A stretch of 64,000 nt of DNA from Octopus vulgaris (lineage: Eukaryota): positions 41,540,001 to 41,604,000 of the forward strand of contig OX597822.1 in assembly GCA_951406725.2 (NCBI GenBank), in the 5' to 3' direction. Both the position numbers and the translations under genes were made by a program. Below are positions 12,484-25,689 of this stretch, one piece after another. Position 1 is the stretch's first letter, and every line of letters begins with the position of its first letter. The notes under the pieces are model-generated. The model did no database searches. It saw only the letters and a program-made list of their open reading frames with translations, and was not told the DNA's origin.

Positions 12484-13994
12484 GACTCTTTTAATTGCTA
12501 CTTAAAGGAGAACTGGAAGAGATATTTGGATGATTGCTTCATACTTTGGAAAGACAGCATGGATCAACTCCTTGATTTCAAAAGAATGCTCAACAACATA
12601 GACAGCAATATACAATTCACTATGGAAACACAACAGTAAACAACTCCCTTTTCTAGACATCTTAATTAGAATAGTTAACAAACACATGGAAGCAGACATC
12701 TTTTATAAACCCACAGATTCTAAACAATACCTATTATTTAACTCCTGCCACCCCAAACACATAAAAATCAACATACTCTTTAACCTAGCGAAAAGAATCT
12801 GCACCATAGTTTCCGATACATACACTCGAGAACAAAGACTCCTTGAACTTAGATCTACACTAACTAAAAGACAATACCCAATCTCATTAGTAAATGAAGG
12901 CATCAAAAGAGCTAAGGAAATAGATATACAAATGTTAAGGATAACTAGCTGAAATACTAAACAAAACTTAAAAATACTCCCGTACATTTCCACACATAAC
13001 CCTAGAAACAACGAAGCCTTCAATATCATCACCCAAAATCTTCCCATCCTCACAGCAGACAAAATAATGAACGAAATTTTAAGCTCATATAAATTTATAA
13101 AAAGCAAAAAGCAATCGAAGTCACTGAAAAAAATATTAACCACCGCTAGACTGTATCCACTAACAACAGAGCCAAAAGTGACAAAATGTGGACATACTAA
13201 CTATGGAACATGCCCCCACCTTCTAGAGGGTTCAGAATTTCACTTCATACAAGGAGAAATATTTAAGATCAAATCAAATTTCACCTGCCCCTCAGTAAAT
13301 GTAATCTATGTCATGACATGCACAGGTTGTGGTAAACTCTATATTGGACAAACAGGAATTTCGCTCCGTCAAAGAACTACCGTTCACAAAGAGCAAATCC
13401 GCCACCCACAATACAGACAGTTAAAGGTGAGTGAACACATAGAAAGGTGTGCCAGGAATCTAATCCCAATTTCCAAATCTTTCCCTTTTATCAATGTTCA
13501 CAGAACATCACAGTTCAACAAAGATTGAATAAAGAGGCATTTTTCATCAATAAATTTCTCCCCCAACTAAATATGAACACACAACTGAATACAGAACACC
13601 ACTAACTCTTCAATTGAAACCACTAACCCCTATACACTTACAACACAACTCACATCTCTAAATCCAGAACTTCTTACCTCCCTTACAAATAATCTTTTTT
13701 GTCAGGAACTATTAGACCTGACACCGTGTATTAGCCGGTGTTTTCAAAGCGATGAACAGATTTGCCGAAACCATGGTTCGCTTTGTTCTCTTACTTTATT
13801 ATCATCTTATAATCATCTCATAATAATGACTTTTATGACTCTTATTACTACCTCAGTCCATCTAAATGTATATATTTGTCACTACCTGTCACAGATAGCC
13901 TTTTCCTATTTACAATATGCATTTTCGTTGATTTTTCATATTTTACCCTTACATTTCCACGTGTATATTATATTTTCTTTTTGTAACGTATTTC

Positions 13995-13998
<4 letters not shown>
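12481..13998 (+). mobile_element. Penelope-like retroelement (5'-truncated, frameshifted RT + GIY-YIG endonuclease)
   Basis: WKRYLDDCF at about 12514-12540, QFTME..QLPFLD, FYKPTDSKQYLLFNSCHP, then C..C linker and NVIYVMTCTGCGKLYIGQTG..LRQR..HK (GIY-YIG). Flanked by (TA)n on both sides. Confidence 0.92.
13745..13785 (+). ncRNA. Degenerate hammerhead motif in the Penelope 3' terminal region
   Basis: CAAAGCG-ATGAACA-gatttgcc-GAAAC-CATG-GTT-CGCTTTG. Perfect 7-bp stem I and palindromic stem III (ACCATGGT). The CUGANGA box and stem II are damaged. Confidence 0.55.
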
Positions 13999-14055
<57 letters not shown>

Positions 14056-14056
<1 letters not shown>

Positions 14057-15334
14057 GGGTTGGGCAAAACAATAGAAACACCTAGCATCATAGCACCATA
14101 ATTTGGAAATATCTATAAAACCGTAAAAAGCTTGTTTATTTTTATGTTTTTTCATTTATTATTAGTGTTGCTTAATATGTTTTGCTAACATTGCTCTTTC
14201 TTTTCAGATACCATCAGAAAAAGGTTATTAAAATTCATTAAAATGATAGATTTATCGGACTTTCAAAGAGGTCAAATTGTTGGTGCTCGTATGGCAAGCG
14301 TTAGAGTAACGAAAATAGACGAAATGTTTGGTGTATCAAGAAGTACTGTCTCGAAAGTAATGACAGCCTTTGTAAAAGAGGGAAAAACCTCCTCGTCGAA
14401 AAAATACTCCAGAAGAAAACTAAAGCTTTCAGATAGGGACCGTCGGACTCTTACGCGAATAGTTAGTAAGGATCACAAAAGAACAGCTTCCAAAATTACT
14501 GCGGAGCTTAATGACCACCTTGAGAACCCAGTCTCCACAAAAAATGTTCGCCGGGAGCTGCACAAAACCCGATTTCACAGGAGGGCTGGAATCAAGAAAA
14601 CCACTACTTTCAAAAACAAACGTTGCAAAGCGTTTACAGTGGAGTAAAAACCTACAAAATTGGTCCCTAGAGCAGTGGAAAAATGTTATTTTCTCGGACG
14701 AGTCATCCTTTACCTCATTTCCGACCACCGGACGAGTATACGTGTGGAGACAGCCAAAAGAAACATTTGGCCCCAGACTGCCTTCTTCCACCTGTTAAAC
14801 ATGAAGGAGAACCTGTGATGATCTAGTGGTGGGGAGCTATATCTTGGAAATCCGCTGGTCCAATAGTTTCCCTTCATGGCAGAATTAGTAGTCAAAACTA
14901 TTTAAGCATTTTATCTGATCAAACTCATCCTATGGTTGCGGAACGGTTTCCGGAGGGAAAAGCAATCTTCCAAGATTATAATACACCAATTCACACAGCT
15001 AAAATTGTTACTGAATAGCACGAGGAACATTGTAGTGAAGTTGAACATCTATTCTGGCCACCACAGTCCCCAGATCTCAATATTATTGAACATTTATTGT
15101 GCATTTTCGAAAAGCAAGTAAGGAGTCAATATCCTCTGCCATCATGACTACAAGAACTGGAGACTGTTTTACCTGAATAATGAACAAAAATTCCTTTGGA
15201 AGCAATTCAAACTTTATACGGGTCCATACCTTGTTGAATTCAAGGTGTAATTACGGCCAAAGGCAGTCATACCCCATATTAAAATAAATTTGCTTGAAAA
15301 TTTAAGGTGTTTCCATAATTTTGTCGAACCACTG
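14056..15334 (+). mobile_element. Tc1-like transposon, defective
   Basis: Degenerate ~29-bp TIRs (CGGGTTGGGCAAAACAATAGAAACACCT / AGGTGTTTCCATAATTTTGTCGAACCACTG). Transposase pieces MIDLSDFQRGQIVGAR, WKNVIFSDES, FQD and WPPQSPDLNIIEHL, with frameshifts and stops. Confidence 0.92.
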
Positions 15335-15339
15335 CATAT

Positions 15340-15495
15340 ACGACGGACTTCTTTCAGTTTCCGTCTACCAAATCCACTGACAGGGGCTTTAGTCAGTTCG
15401 TAGCGATAGTAGACACTTGACCAAAGTGTCACGTAGTGGGCCTGAACCCAGTACAATGTAGTTGGGAAGCAAACTTCTTACCACACAGCCACGCT
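15340..15495 (-). mobile_element. SINE family B (5' half)
   Basis: Matches the head of 3664-4130. Confidence 0.75.
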
Positions 15496-16282
15496 TTAAT
15501 TTTGATGGTAAATACTTTAGTAGAGTTGTAAATGTTGATTTAGAAGTTGAACAGAAAGTTGTTCTCGCTTTTCGGAGAACACCAAAGTGTCTTTCAGGAT
15601 ATTGAAGATGAAGGTTATTACGAAAAATCTCGAGATATTGTCACTAAACTACAGCGCAGGATATTACCACATGTTTATCAGGATATTGCCTAAGTGTATT
15701 GCAGGATATTGATGCCATGGTTTTGTTGAAATATCACCAAATTCTCTTTCACAATATTAACTAGTCGTCTTTCAGCATATTCTCAAACGTTTCCCGTCTT
15801 ACATCGTCAACATGGCAGATATCAAAACAGTTTACTTACGTATTGATATAGTCTATAAATTAAATGCAGAATTTGAATCGGTAAATCATCGAAAAAGAAC
15901 TAGTAACTAATTGCATTTAGTGACTTTCATTCTTATCTTTCCGCAGTTGATGAAATTAAATACCTGTCAAGCCATAACATTTATTGTTTCGATTTTCTTC
16001 CTTGTAATTGCTTAGCCTTCCACCCAAGATATCTTTATTTTCGCAATATATCTCGCTAAGGTCCTTTTCTCTAAATTCAAAATTTACTAGGGTTGAATTT
16101 GTCTTTCATTTTTCATCTTTCTATAGTCAATAAATTAATCTTAGTCAAATACAGCAGTTAATTTAATCGAATCTCTTCTCACTCAAAGTGTATGGTTTTT
16201 GTGTGTATGTTAGAATTTATTATTACTATCAAGGTTATCATTATTATTATTATTATATTCATCATCATCATCATCATCATCA

Positions 16283-16328
<46 letters not shown>

Positions 16329-16530
16329 GGCGGCGAGCTAGAAGAATAGCCAAGCAAAATGCTTTGCGGCATTTCGTCCGTCTTTACGTTCTGAGTTCAA
16401 ATTCCACCGAGTTCGACTTTACCTTTCAGGGTCGATAAAGTAAGTACCAGTTGAAAGTTGAACACTGGAATCGACGCAATCGACTCATCTCCAAATTCCC
16501 CAAGCTGCCCTGGTGGAAAAAATTTGAAAT
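16329..16530 (+). mobile_element. SINE family A within a (TTA)n tract
   Basis: GGCGGCGAGCTAG...GTTCTGAGTTCAAATTCC...GGTCGATAAAGTAAGTACCAG. Confidence 0.75.
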
Positions 16531-16540
16531 GATAATAATA

Positions 16541-16637
<97 letters not shown>

Positions 16638-16649
16638 TTCATATACACT

Positions 16650-17505
16650 CAACAGATTAGACTGCTGGAAAAGAAAAAATCTAACATCTATGGAAGGGAC
16701 ATGTTCCGCTTGTCAGACGATGTTTCTGCTGTCAACATCCGCTGAGTGGAGGATTATGCATGCCGTGGCTAATGATGCGCAGACATGCGCTGAGGCTACA
16801 ACATCTCCAGATACAAAAGTATTATTAGGCGGCCCTGTCTGAGGCATGCTCAGGGCAAGGAAACCGTACTGCGCACAATCGTCCAGTGTCCGTACATTAC
16901 TGACTTGTAGAGCTTTGTTGAACAGCTGTTATCGCGTGTAAGACGGATCCGGTTATCAGCTGAGTGCATCGTGAAGATCGCCCCACCGCCTCCCTTTGGT
17001 CAGGAAGGCAAGGCATTTTTACTGTCTGGTGGCTATGGCAATAAGGCAGTGTTGTGGACGAGACTGAAAGGACTAAAGACAGATACATTCCTCTTCGGCC
17101 AAGCCCGCATCGACTTTCTCAAGTTTCATTTGAAGAGGAAAGTGAGGGTAGAGAGGGAATTTCTGTCCCACCCCCACCCCCTATCAGTAAATTTGTTGAA
17201 GGTAGGTGAATGTGGCGATGGATGGACCTACTCTGAACTTTAGTTTGTAAACCGGAGGAGTTGAGAAGGAGAGAAGCGCCTGCTGAGGTGCAACTGGCAG
17301 TCGGGATAACCAGATTGTGTGGGGTTCTGCAGTTGTCCCTGGAAGGAACTCCCCACTTTCGGGGAATTTTGATTTTTTAATTGTTTTATTTATTTATTTA
17401 CTTATTGTTATTTATTGTATACACGTCATTGTTCAACACCCACTTGTCCCCTGTATAATATTGTACCTATTTGTTTTGTGTTCGGCCCTAATGGCCAATA
17501 AAAGA

Positions 17506-17510
<5 letters not shown>
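16650..17510 (+). mobile_element. LINE 3' fragment, probably L1/Tx1-like
   Basis: Degenerate Cys/His-type segment (CL...ETV...VQCP), then IVKIAPPPPFG and WTRLKGLKTDTFL..FHLKRKVRVERE. The 3' UTR ends in AATAAA before (TTA)n. Clade assignment is inference. Confidence 0.5.
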
Positions 17511-17578
<68 letters not shown>

Positions 17579-17586
17579 GTTATTAT

Positions 17587-17798
17587 TCAGTAGTTTTATT
17601 TTTATAGCGTGCTTTCACTTCACTACCGAGCGCAGCCCTGTGTGCCTTGGGTATGTGCTGTGATTTGTTGTGATGCTCTGATGGTTATTGTATGGAAAGT
17701 GTTCTGCGTAGGATGTGTGCAGTGCCTAGTAGTGCAATTTTCTGTGTGTTATATGTGTTTGTAAGTCCTGGTGTTTTTGTTATGTATTTGTCTGAATA

Positions 17799-17800
<2 letters not shown>
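17587..17800 (-). mobile_element. R4/Dong-like non-LTR retrotransposon, extreme 3' fragment
   Basis: QKIALLGTAHILRRTL* C-terminus. (TAA)n on both sides. Confidence 0.75.
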
Positions 17801-17859
<59 letters not shown>

Positions 17860-17860
<1 letters not shown>

Positions 17861-18212
17861 GAAAACACAACTTATTTTGCTGGGTATGATGGAAAGTGTC
17901 AGCTGTCCACAGTCAGCGAACTAAGGTGGTACTTGTTTACTGGTCATACTTCAAGAACCCCGAGAAGAATTCTTGCAGTTCCAAGCAATTCTGATTTTTG
18001 TAGGTGTTCTTCCTTCACACTTGCACCGATCTTTTTCAGCCATGTTGGTAGTTGAGTGCTGATACTTCCAAGTGCACCAATTACTATTGGTATCACGATT
18101 AGTCTCTTCATTGACCACAACCTTCATATTTCCCCACTTCAAATCGTCGTAGTCGATTATTTTTTCTTCTTTCATACTGATCCTGTTGTCACCGAGGAAT
18201 ACTATGTTGATA
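17860..18212 (-). mobile_element. Second R4/Dong-like 3' fragment (restriction-like endonuclease C-terminus)
   Basis: GDNRISMKEEKI..YDDLKW...VIPIVIGALGS...LQKSELLGTARIL across frameshifts. (TAA)n on both sides. Confidence 0.8.
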
Positions 18213-18213
18213 A

Positions 18214-18423
<210 letters not shown>

Positions 18424-20683
18424 TAATTGCTGTTTGGTTTGCTAATGACAAAAAATTAAAGAACTTGAATCCTTTCATTAGCTACTTACGAAATCTGTAC
18501 ACCCCCTTTGTTCCCGGACATCGTACGAACCTGGATCTTCTCGTTTGGCTGCTCACGAAAACCCCACTCATTCTATTATTACCACGCGGCACCATCAAGA
18601 CATTATGACTTCAGCCAGCCATAACAGAAGAATTCGTTGAACAGAAACAGAACCGACCAAAGTGACAAATACAATCAGGTTTTATCTCTTCTGCCAGTTG
18701 ACCAAATGTTGAGATGAAAGTATTGTACCGAGTAACCTTGATGGAGTAGGAAGAGAAAGACGAGAAGAGGATGTAGAAAATAAGGAACGAAAGAATAAGG
18801 GGGGAAATGAAAGAAAAAATATTCAAAAGGAAATATAAAAAGAAAGAAAGAAAAAATAATGAATAGTAAATATGAAAAAAAATAAAACAGAAAAAAAATT
18901 GGAAAATCAAATTAAAAAAAGATGGCGGAAAAGAAAGTAGGAATGGCGGAAGTAAGGAATGTAAGAATTATCTTGTCACGTGACATAAGATGAGTGTAAT
19001 TGTTTTTGGTGTTTCAGTTACATGATGGCAGATATTAGTAATAGAAGTTGTTTGTACGTGTGGGATTGTGTGTATGATGAGAGAGGGAGAGAGGGGGGGA
19101 GAAACAGGGGTTGTTTTTTGGTGTATGTAACTACAGATGTGTTTGTGTGGGTATATATATGTCAGTGTGCGTGTGTGCGTGAGACTGTGTCTGTGTTTGT
19201 GAGTGTGGAAAAGGGAGCGAAAGGTACTAAGTTAGTGGTTGTGTGTGTATGTGTGTATGTGTTTGTACGTGTGTGTGTGTGTTTGGTATGTGTGCGCGTC
19301 TGTGTGAGAGACAGATAAACAGACAGAGACACGGAGAGATTATGTCTGTGAAAGTATGTGTATGTATGCATAATAACCGATGATAAGTTATCTTTTAAAG
19401 AAACATAGCGACCGAAATAGATTAATTTCAAAAGACAAACCCAAAATCTAAAACATTGTTTGAATACGTGATTAATGAGAAATATAAGATGGTAAAAACT
19501 TTGAGGAATTTCAAAACAGTGGAAGATTTCTTTTTGATCTGCCAGCAAATATAAAGAAGAGAAAATAGGAATTTACATTAGATGTTCATGACTGACAAGA
19601 AATAGTAACCAAAGATGGCAATTTAGCAGTCGCAGAGCGGTTGCCTGCGGTATTCGTCTTACCCCTCTGCGGTTTAAGTTCAAATCCCACCTTTTGGGGT
19701 CCGGCGATAAATAATGCACCACTCTAACACTGGGGACGTATTCTTCTTTTCCTTTGTTCAGACCGGGAGAGAGATGGATTCCACTATGTCTAAAATGTCC
19801 ATGAGACGTCATGTCATGATGGTGCCTCTACAACCCCACTCGGAATTGAGGACTCAAGCAAGAAAGAAGGAAAGAAAATTTGATGTGCTCCGAGGTACAC
19901 TATGTCTGATTAAAAATTGAATGGTCACAAATGGAACAACTTTCTTCACAGGTCTAGCCTGGGGCTAATTAATAGCAACAACAATCACCTTGGGTTGAAA
20001 ATTGGGGCTCTATGAAGTTATTCTGCATGTTAGAAATAGATACAAAAATATCCATCATGCAATCTGCCTCCAAAAGACAGCAGTTTCTTTTGATTCTCAA
20101 CCAAATATGTCTATCAACTTCACTGCACCTTGGCCATAATGGCTCTCTGTAATCTCAAAATGTACTGTATAAGAAATTCGTGCAATACTGGTGAATGAAC
20201 AAAAGTTTACTAATTCACTTTTAAAAAGAATAAAGATGTATGATAGACCTACGTTAAAGACCAGCTTCTGAATTTTAATATAATGGGTGAACTAAAGAGC
20301 CTATGTACAAAGAAGAGAAGACAGCGGGTTGCCATAGATATCTAATTGTGGTTGGTGGATTGAAGGTTATCACGTGAGTTTAGCACTGATTGAAGCGCTT
20401 TTTGTGAATTTGAACCAGGCAGATGCCATGTATGTATAAAAGGTTGAGAGGAGATGTGGCGGAGAGTGGTAAGTTAATTACTTACAAAATTATATTATTT
20501 ATGATAATAACAGAGATGCCACATCTGGTGAGGTTATATACCGTTTGATTTTAAAAGAAACAAAAAAATTTATTGAAACTGAAACACTTATAATTTTGTA
20601 AAACATCTGCTTGATCAAAAACAAAAACAGAGGCTGCATCTGTAGCGTATTGAGTATTTTCTTGCGCTATAGTTCATTCAATC

Positions 20684-20741
<58 letters not shown>

Positions 20742-20859
20742 TTAAAGGTATAGGGTGAAAAATTATTAATTTAATAAAATCACCAAATTTCACCTAGTAG
20801 TTTTTCGGTATGGAAAAAGACCATATTCGGTAAAAACTTCTACAAAAAGTTTTTTATAA

Positions 20860-20925
<66 letters not shown>

Positions 20926-21027
20926 TACATCTTAGGGTAGCAAACAAAATTATAGAAAAATTCTTTGCTACCAGTGGTCTAGCGAGAAGGAAAATTTAGT
21001 CAATGGACTATACGTTATTCATAGAAA

Positions 21028-21332
21028 AATACAGTATACATTTAAACACATAAGAGATGACCATAATGGGACATCTGACTCACTAGAAAGAGCAGTTAAA
21101 CTCCAAACCACTAATAGTTATAATCTGAAAGGGAATGAAAAATAAAAAATATAATAAAATAAAAAATAAAATAAAAAATAAAATAAAAAATAAAGTACAG
21201 GAAAGATAGGGTAAATGGGTTTTTATTTTTCATTCCCTTTCAGAATTATAACTATTAGTGGTTTGGAGTTTAACTGCTCTTTCTAGTGAGCCAGATGTCT
21301 TATTAAGTCCATCCCATGTGTTTAAATGGACA

Positions 21333-21338
<6 letters not shown>
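21028..21338. repeat. Long inverted repeat (~120-bp arms) with an A-rich spacer
   Basis: CTCACTAGAAAGAGCAGTTAAACTCCAAACCACTAATAGTTATAAT at about 21079-21125 is reverse-complemented at about 21245-21291. Confidence 0.85.
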
Positions 21339-21419
<81 letters not shown>

Positions 21420-21564
21420 AAATACAACCGGATACCATTATACAGGTAAACCGTTGCATAATTTAAATCCTGTATATACGTAGTTCTATGTTGTATGGAA
21501 ACACGTGTAACGATTATTAAATAACAGTTTAACCGTACTCCTTCTAGTTGACTCTATCCTATTC

Positions 21565-21655
<91 letters not shown>

Positions 21656-21842
21656 GCTGATGTCTTATAAACTTAGATATTTTCGAGAGAACATGAAATA
21701 ATTCTTGGAACCATAACACACCTGAAGCAGCAAAGCTATAAATAATAGCATGTAAATATTGGGTTACAAAACTTTCCACGGATAGCCTCCAACTTTTTCT
21801 ATCAGGAGGGTTTTTCAACTATATAAACATACATGCATACAC

Positions 21843-21917
<75 letters not shown>

Positions 21918-21920
<3 letters not shown>

Positions 21921-22114
21921 AATCCCCAAAAGAACAAATGCAAAAAACAACAACGCGAGGACGTGGTACATGTAATGTATTAGCATGCGCTCAGGAAAGG
22001 AAAGAAAGATTGTTTAACGGTTCGAGCAGACGCTCTTCTTCGGAAACAGAGGAAAGTCCAATAGAAGGGAAGACGGAGGAAACAATCGCCAACGATTCAC
22101 ATGTGGTTACATTC

Positions 22115-22118
<4 letters not shown>
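21918..22118 (-). mobile_element. Short hammerhead-bearing repeat (degenerate core) between (TA)n tracts
   Basis: Homologous to 46680-46878 and 35095-35312. Minus strand reads GTTT-CCGAAGA-A-GAGC(gtct)GCTC-GAACC-GTT-AAAC at 22012-22047. Confidence 0.7.
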
Positions 22119-22161
<43 letters not shown>

Positions 22162-22769
22162 TGGAAATTGTATTCGAAGCACTTTCAATAATGTAAAAAT
22201 TATTAATACAACATGCTTAATGCATGTGTGATATTAAACGCTATGAAGCAGCGCTACTTCATCCAGAGTTGTTTCCTATTTGAAAACGCAGCATAGCTTA
22301 AATCACTCCAAATACTGGTTTTAAGGCGCGAGCACCCGCTTTCGAACCTTTTTCTGTCAGTAGAAATTATCTCATTGGACTTAGAGAAGCTAACCCACAG
22401 TAGAAAGCTTGGAATTAGACTTGGTTGTCAGAAATTGCTTTGAGAAGCATTTCTTAGTAGTGAATTTGGTAGGGGATAATCCCACAACACTTCTCGGCTC
22501 TACTACCTTGGAACCAAAATACTCATCAGGGGCATGCTGTTTATAAATGATGCAGCATCGTACTCAGAGAGCAACTATCATATCTCATGTACAATTCCCC
22601 AAGAGCCTGTCAATATTTCGGTTTGACCTTCAGTCTGAAGAAGACAAGTACTGGGCTAAGGTTTTGAGACCTCCACTACCATCACCAATTAGCAACTGCG
22701 ATCTAGAGTCAGTCCACTAGTTACATACTTCGAATCCGCCATCACCAACAATAACTCATCTCAAAAGTC

Positions 22770-23040
22770 TGAGATGGAAGAGCAGCCTCAACATTTGTTA
22801 GGTTGACAACGAGAGTCTATGAAAATTAGTAAACCAACGGTGCACACCGGGTTGCAGTCTACGGTGCTTGTGCCTTCAGTACACTGCTCTTTGCCAGTGA
22901 AACCTGGAGCATGTTCTCCAGACAAGAACAGCGTCTCAATGACTTCCCCCAACTCAACTTGTGACGGGTTATGTACATCAAGTTGACTAACCGAGTCACC
23001 AATAACGACATCCTTGGCTTTGCGAGGCTAACGGATGCCT
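22770..23040 (+). mobile_element. RTE-like LINE fragment
   Basis: Degenerate translation GRAASTFVRLTTRV...VAVYGACAFSTLLFASETW...QEQRLNDF, typical of the post-RT region of RTE elements. Confidence 0.6.
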
Positions 23041-23073
<33 letters not shown>

Positions 23074-23224
23074 TTTATGTGTACGTATGCGTGTGCGCGA
23101 ATGCAGCAAACATCCCTTTGCCATATCGTTACTATATATAGCCAACATCACTATTTTTCTCAATATTTCTATATATTCTGCTTATCAGTAAGGCTAGTCA
23201 ATCAACTAAAGTGAAAATACTTTG

Positions 23225-23261
23225 CTGATGAGATCAGATAGATCGAAATATGAATGTTGGC
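23225..23261 (+). ncRNA. Hammerhead core candidate
   Basis: CTGATGA-GATC(agata)GATC-GAAA-TAT-ga-ATGT-T. Canonical boxes, a 4-bp stem II and a short stem III are present, but stem I pairing is not evident. Confidence 0.45.
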
Positions 23262-23271
23262 TTTCAAGACA

Positions 23272-24620
23272 AGTTAGTTAGTTAGTTAGTTAGTTAGTTA
23301 ATTTGGCTCAAAAGCAAATAGCAAGGCCATGTAGGGGGACATGGAGTTAAGTACAGGGTGGTGTTCATGTAAAGAGTTCAGGCCACTTGAGGTCCAGGGA
23401 GGCTTTGAACAAAGCGGTCGTCGGCATCTTCACCATCTCGTCTGGCAGCTTGTTCCACGGATCCGCAACCCGGACGGAGAAAGCTCCTCTCCTTCGATTG
23501 AGATGAAATCGTCGCAGGTAGAGCTTTTCGGAATGACCCCGCAGTCGACTCTCTGGAGCAGGAGTGAAGAACAGCTCTTTCGAGAGGTTACACTTTCCGC
23601 TTATGATGTTGTGGGCGAGAATGAGATCACTACGGCGGCGGCGTTTTTCAAGAGAATAAAGGTCGAGCGTCCTCAGCCTTTCTTCGTAGGACAAATTTTT
23701 GAGACCATGAACCACGCGGGTAGCCAGCTTCTGGACTCTTTCGAGATGCTGTATGTCTTTGAGGAGATAAGGAGAAGAGGCTTGAATCCCATACTCCAAT
23801 ATGGGTCTCACCAGCGTGACATAGAGTGGTAGGAATATGGCTGCTGTGAGCATTCCGAATGACCGTCGAATCAAGAACAGAATTCCGCGTGCTTTGTTGG
23901 CAGCATGGACGCACTGGGCCGAAGGCGAAAAGGAGGAATCCACCAAGATACCCAGGTCCTTTACCTGATCGGTCCTCTCCAGCAGCAGACGACCCGGCTC
24001 GAAATCAAGTTGAGTTGCAGGAGTAGAGCCAACAGGCAGATGACAGCACTTTGACACGTTCAGACACAGGTCCCAATCGTTAGACCACTTCCAAATTTGG
24101 TGGAGGCATCGACGAAGATCCTCTATATTACCGCGAGGAGCGACCAGTTTGATATCGTCGGCAAATAGAAGGGTGTGCTGCGTGAGGTCGTCGGGCAAGT
24201 CATTTATGAAGACTAAGAACAACAAGGGCCCAAGCACTGAACCTTGAGGCACGCCACTGCTCGCACTGGAGACGTCGGACCGCGAACCATTAACTTGGAC
24301 TTGGAAGGAGCGATCTGAGAGGAAGGTACCAACCCATCGTACAATATCCGGATGGAAACTATATGCTTGAAGCTTGACAAGTAATAGGCGGTGGTTTACC
24401 GAGTCAAAAGCTTTGGCAAAGTCCAATAAAACGATGTCAACAGCATCACTATCATCGAGGATGCGCGTCACCAATTCTTCCATTACTAGTAAGTTGGTCA
24501 AGCATGATCTCTTCGGCACGAAGCCGTGTTGGGAATCAGAGATAGAGGCTGTGTTTAGGAGGTGGAGCATCATACTTTTCTTAAGGATGGTTTCGAACAT
24601 CTTGCTGATTATTGATGTCC
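23272..24620 (-). mobile_element. 5'-truncated CR1-group LINE with (TAAC)n tail
   Basis: RT domain and C-terminus, a short 3' UTR, then (TAAC)n at 23272-23300. Homology starts at TSIISK near 24620. Confidence 0.92.
23365..24620 (-). pseudogene. Reverse transcriptase (ORF2 3' part), uninterrupted frame but lacking endonuclease and native start
   Basis: QHGFVPKRSCLTNLL, DFAKAFDSVNH, SGVPQGSVLGPLLFLVFINDL, LFADDIKL, LERVQKLATR, LSYEERLRTLDLYSLEKRR. Confidence 0.9.
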
Positions 24621-24989
24621 CTTCCAAAAGTCTATATTTTTGGGACTGTCTCACTTGCACTTTCCATACTTTGAACATCTTCTCGCAAGAGATATTAATC
24701 ATAAGAATAATTTCAGTTAATTGAAGTCTCTCAACACGTGTTTGTGTATGCCTGTGTGTGTATATATATATATATATATAGCAATAATAAATCTCTGGAT
24801 GAGATGTAAACAGTAACCTCTTGACAACGTAAAGTATACTAGCCATCTCAGTATGGCTCACCACTAAGGGTGGGTGTTACTGTAGCTTTTAGCCCCAGGA
24901 GATCATCGTCTCTAGCTGGCTTTAGGCACACTTTCTTTACCCTTATGGTATTTGCAAAGAGAGGTCATCCCCTATATATATTTACATAC

Positions 24990-25045
<56 letters not shown>

Positions 25046-25054
25046 ATGTATGTA

Positions 25055-25585
25055 TACTCTTTTACTCTTTTACTTGTTTCAGTCATTTGACTGCGGCCAT
25101 GCTGAAGCACCGCCTGTAGTCGAGCAGATCGACCCCAGGATTTATTCTTTGTAAGCCTAGTACTTATTCTATCGGTTCTTTTGCCGAACCGCTAGGTCTA
25201 CCAAATCCACTCACAAGGCTTTGGTCGGCCCGAGGCTATAGTAGAAGACACTTGCCCAAGGTTCCACGCAGTGGGACTGAACTAGGAACCATGTGGTTGG
25301 TAAATAAGCTACTTACCACACAGCCACTCCTGCGCCTATTATGTACGTATGTTCTTTCACTTGTTTCAGTCATTTGACTGTAGCGAGAGAGACAAACACA
25401 GATAGATAAATACATGCATATATACAACAGGCTTCATTTCAGTTTCGGTTTGCCAAAGAGACCCACAAAGCTTTGGTTGGCCCGAGATTATAGAAGACAC
25501 TTACCCAGGGTGCCCTGCAGTGGGACTGAACCCGGAACCATGTGGTTGGGAAGCAAGCTTCTTACCACACAGCTAAGCCTGCACC
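25055..25585 (-). mobile_element. Two SINE family B copies (one internally deleted)
   Basis: Heads at about 25337 and 25585. Confidence 0.75.
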
Positions 25586-25603
25586 TACATGTATATGCAT
25601 ATG

Positions 25604-25675
<72 letters not shown>

Positions 25676-25689
<14 letters not shown>

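Noticed and set aside
23272-23300. (TTAG)n as a telomeric repeat
   Set aside because: Not TTAGGG/TTAGG. It sits exactly at the LINE 3' end and is its tail.
23341-23832. 163-aa plus-strand ORF
   Set aside because: Antisense shadow of the LINE RT frame.
24621-24864. N-terminal ~80 aa of the 499-aa ORF
   Set aside because: It runs through a (TA)n/(CA)n tract and lacks LINE homology. This is chance read-in upstream of the truncation point, so it is not evidence of a domesticated RT gene.
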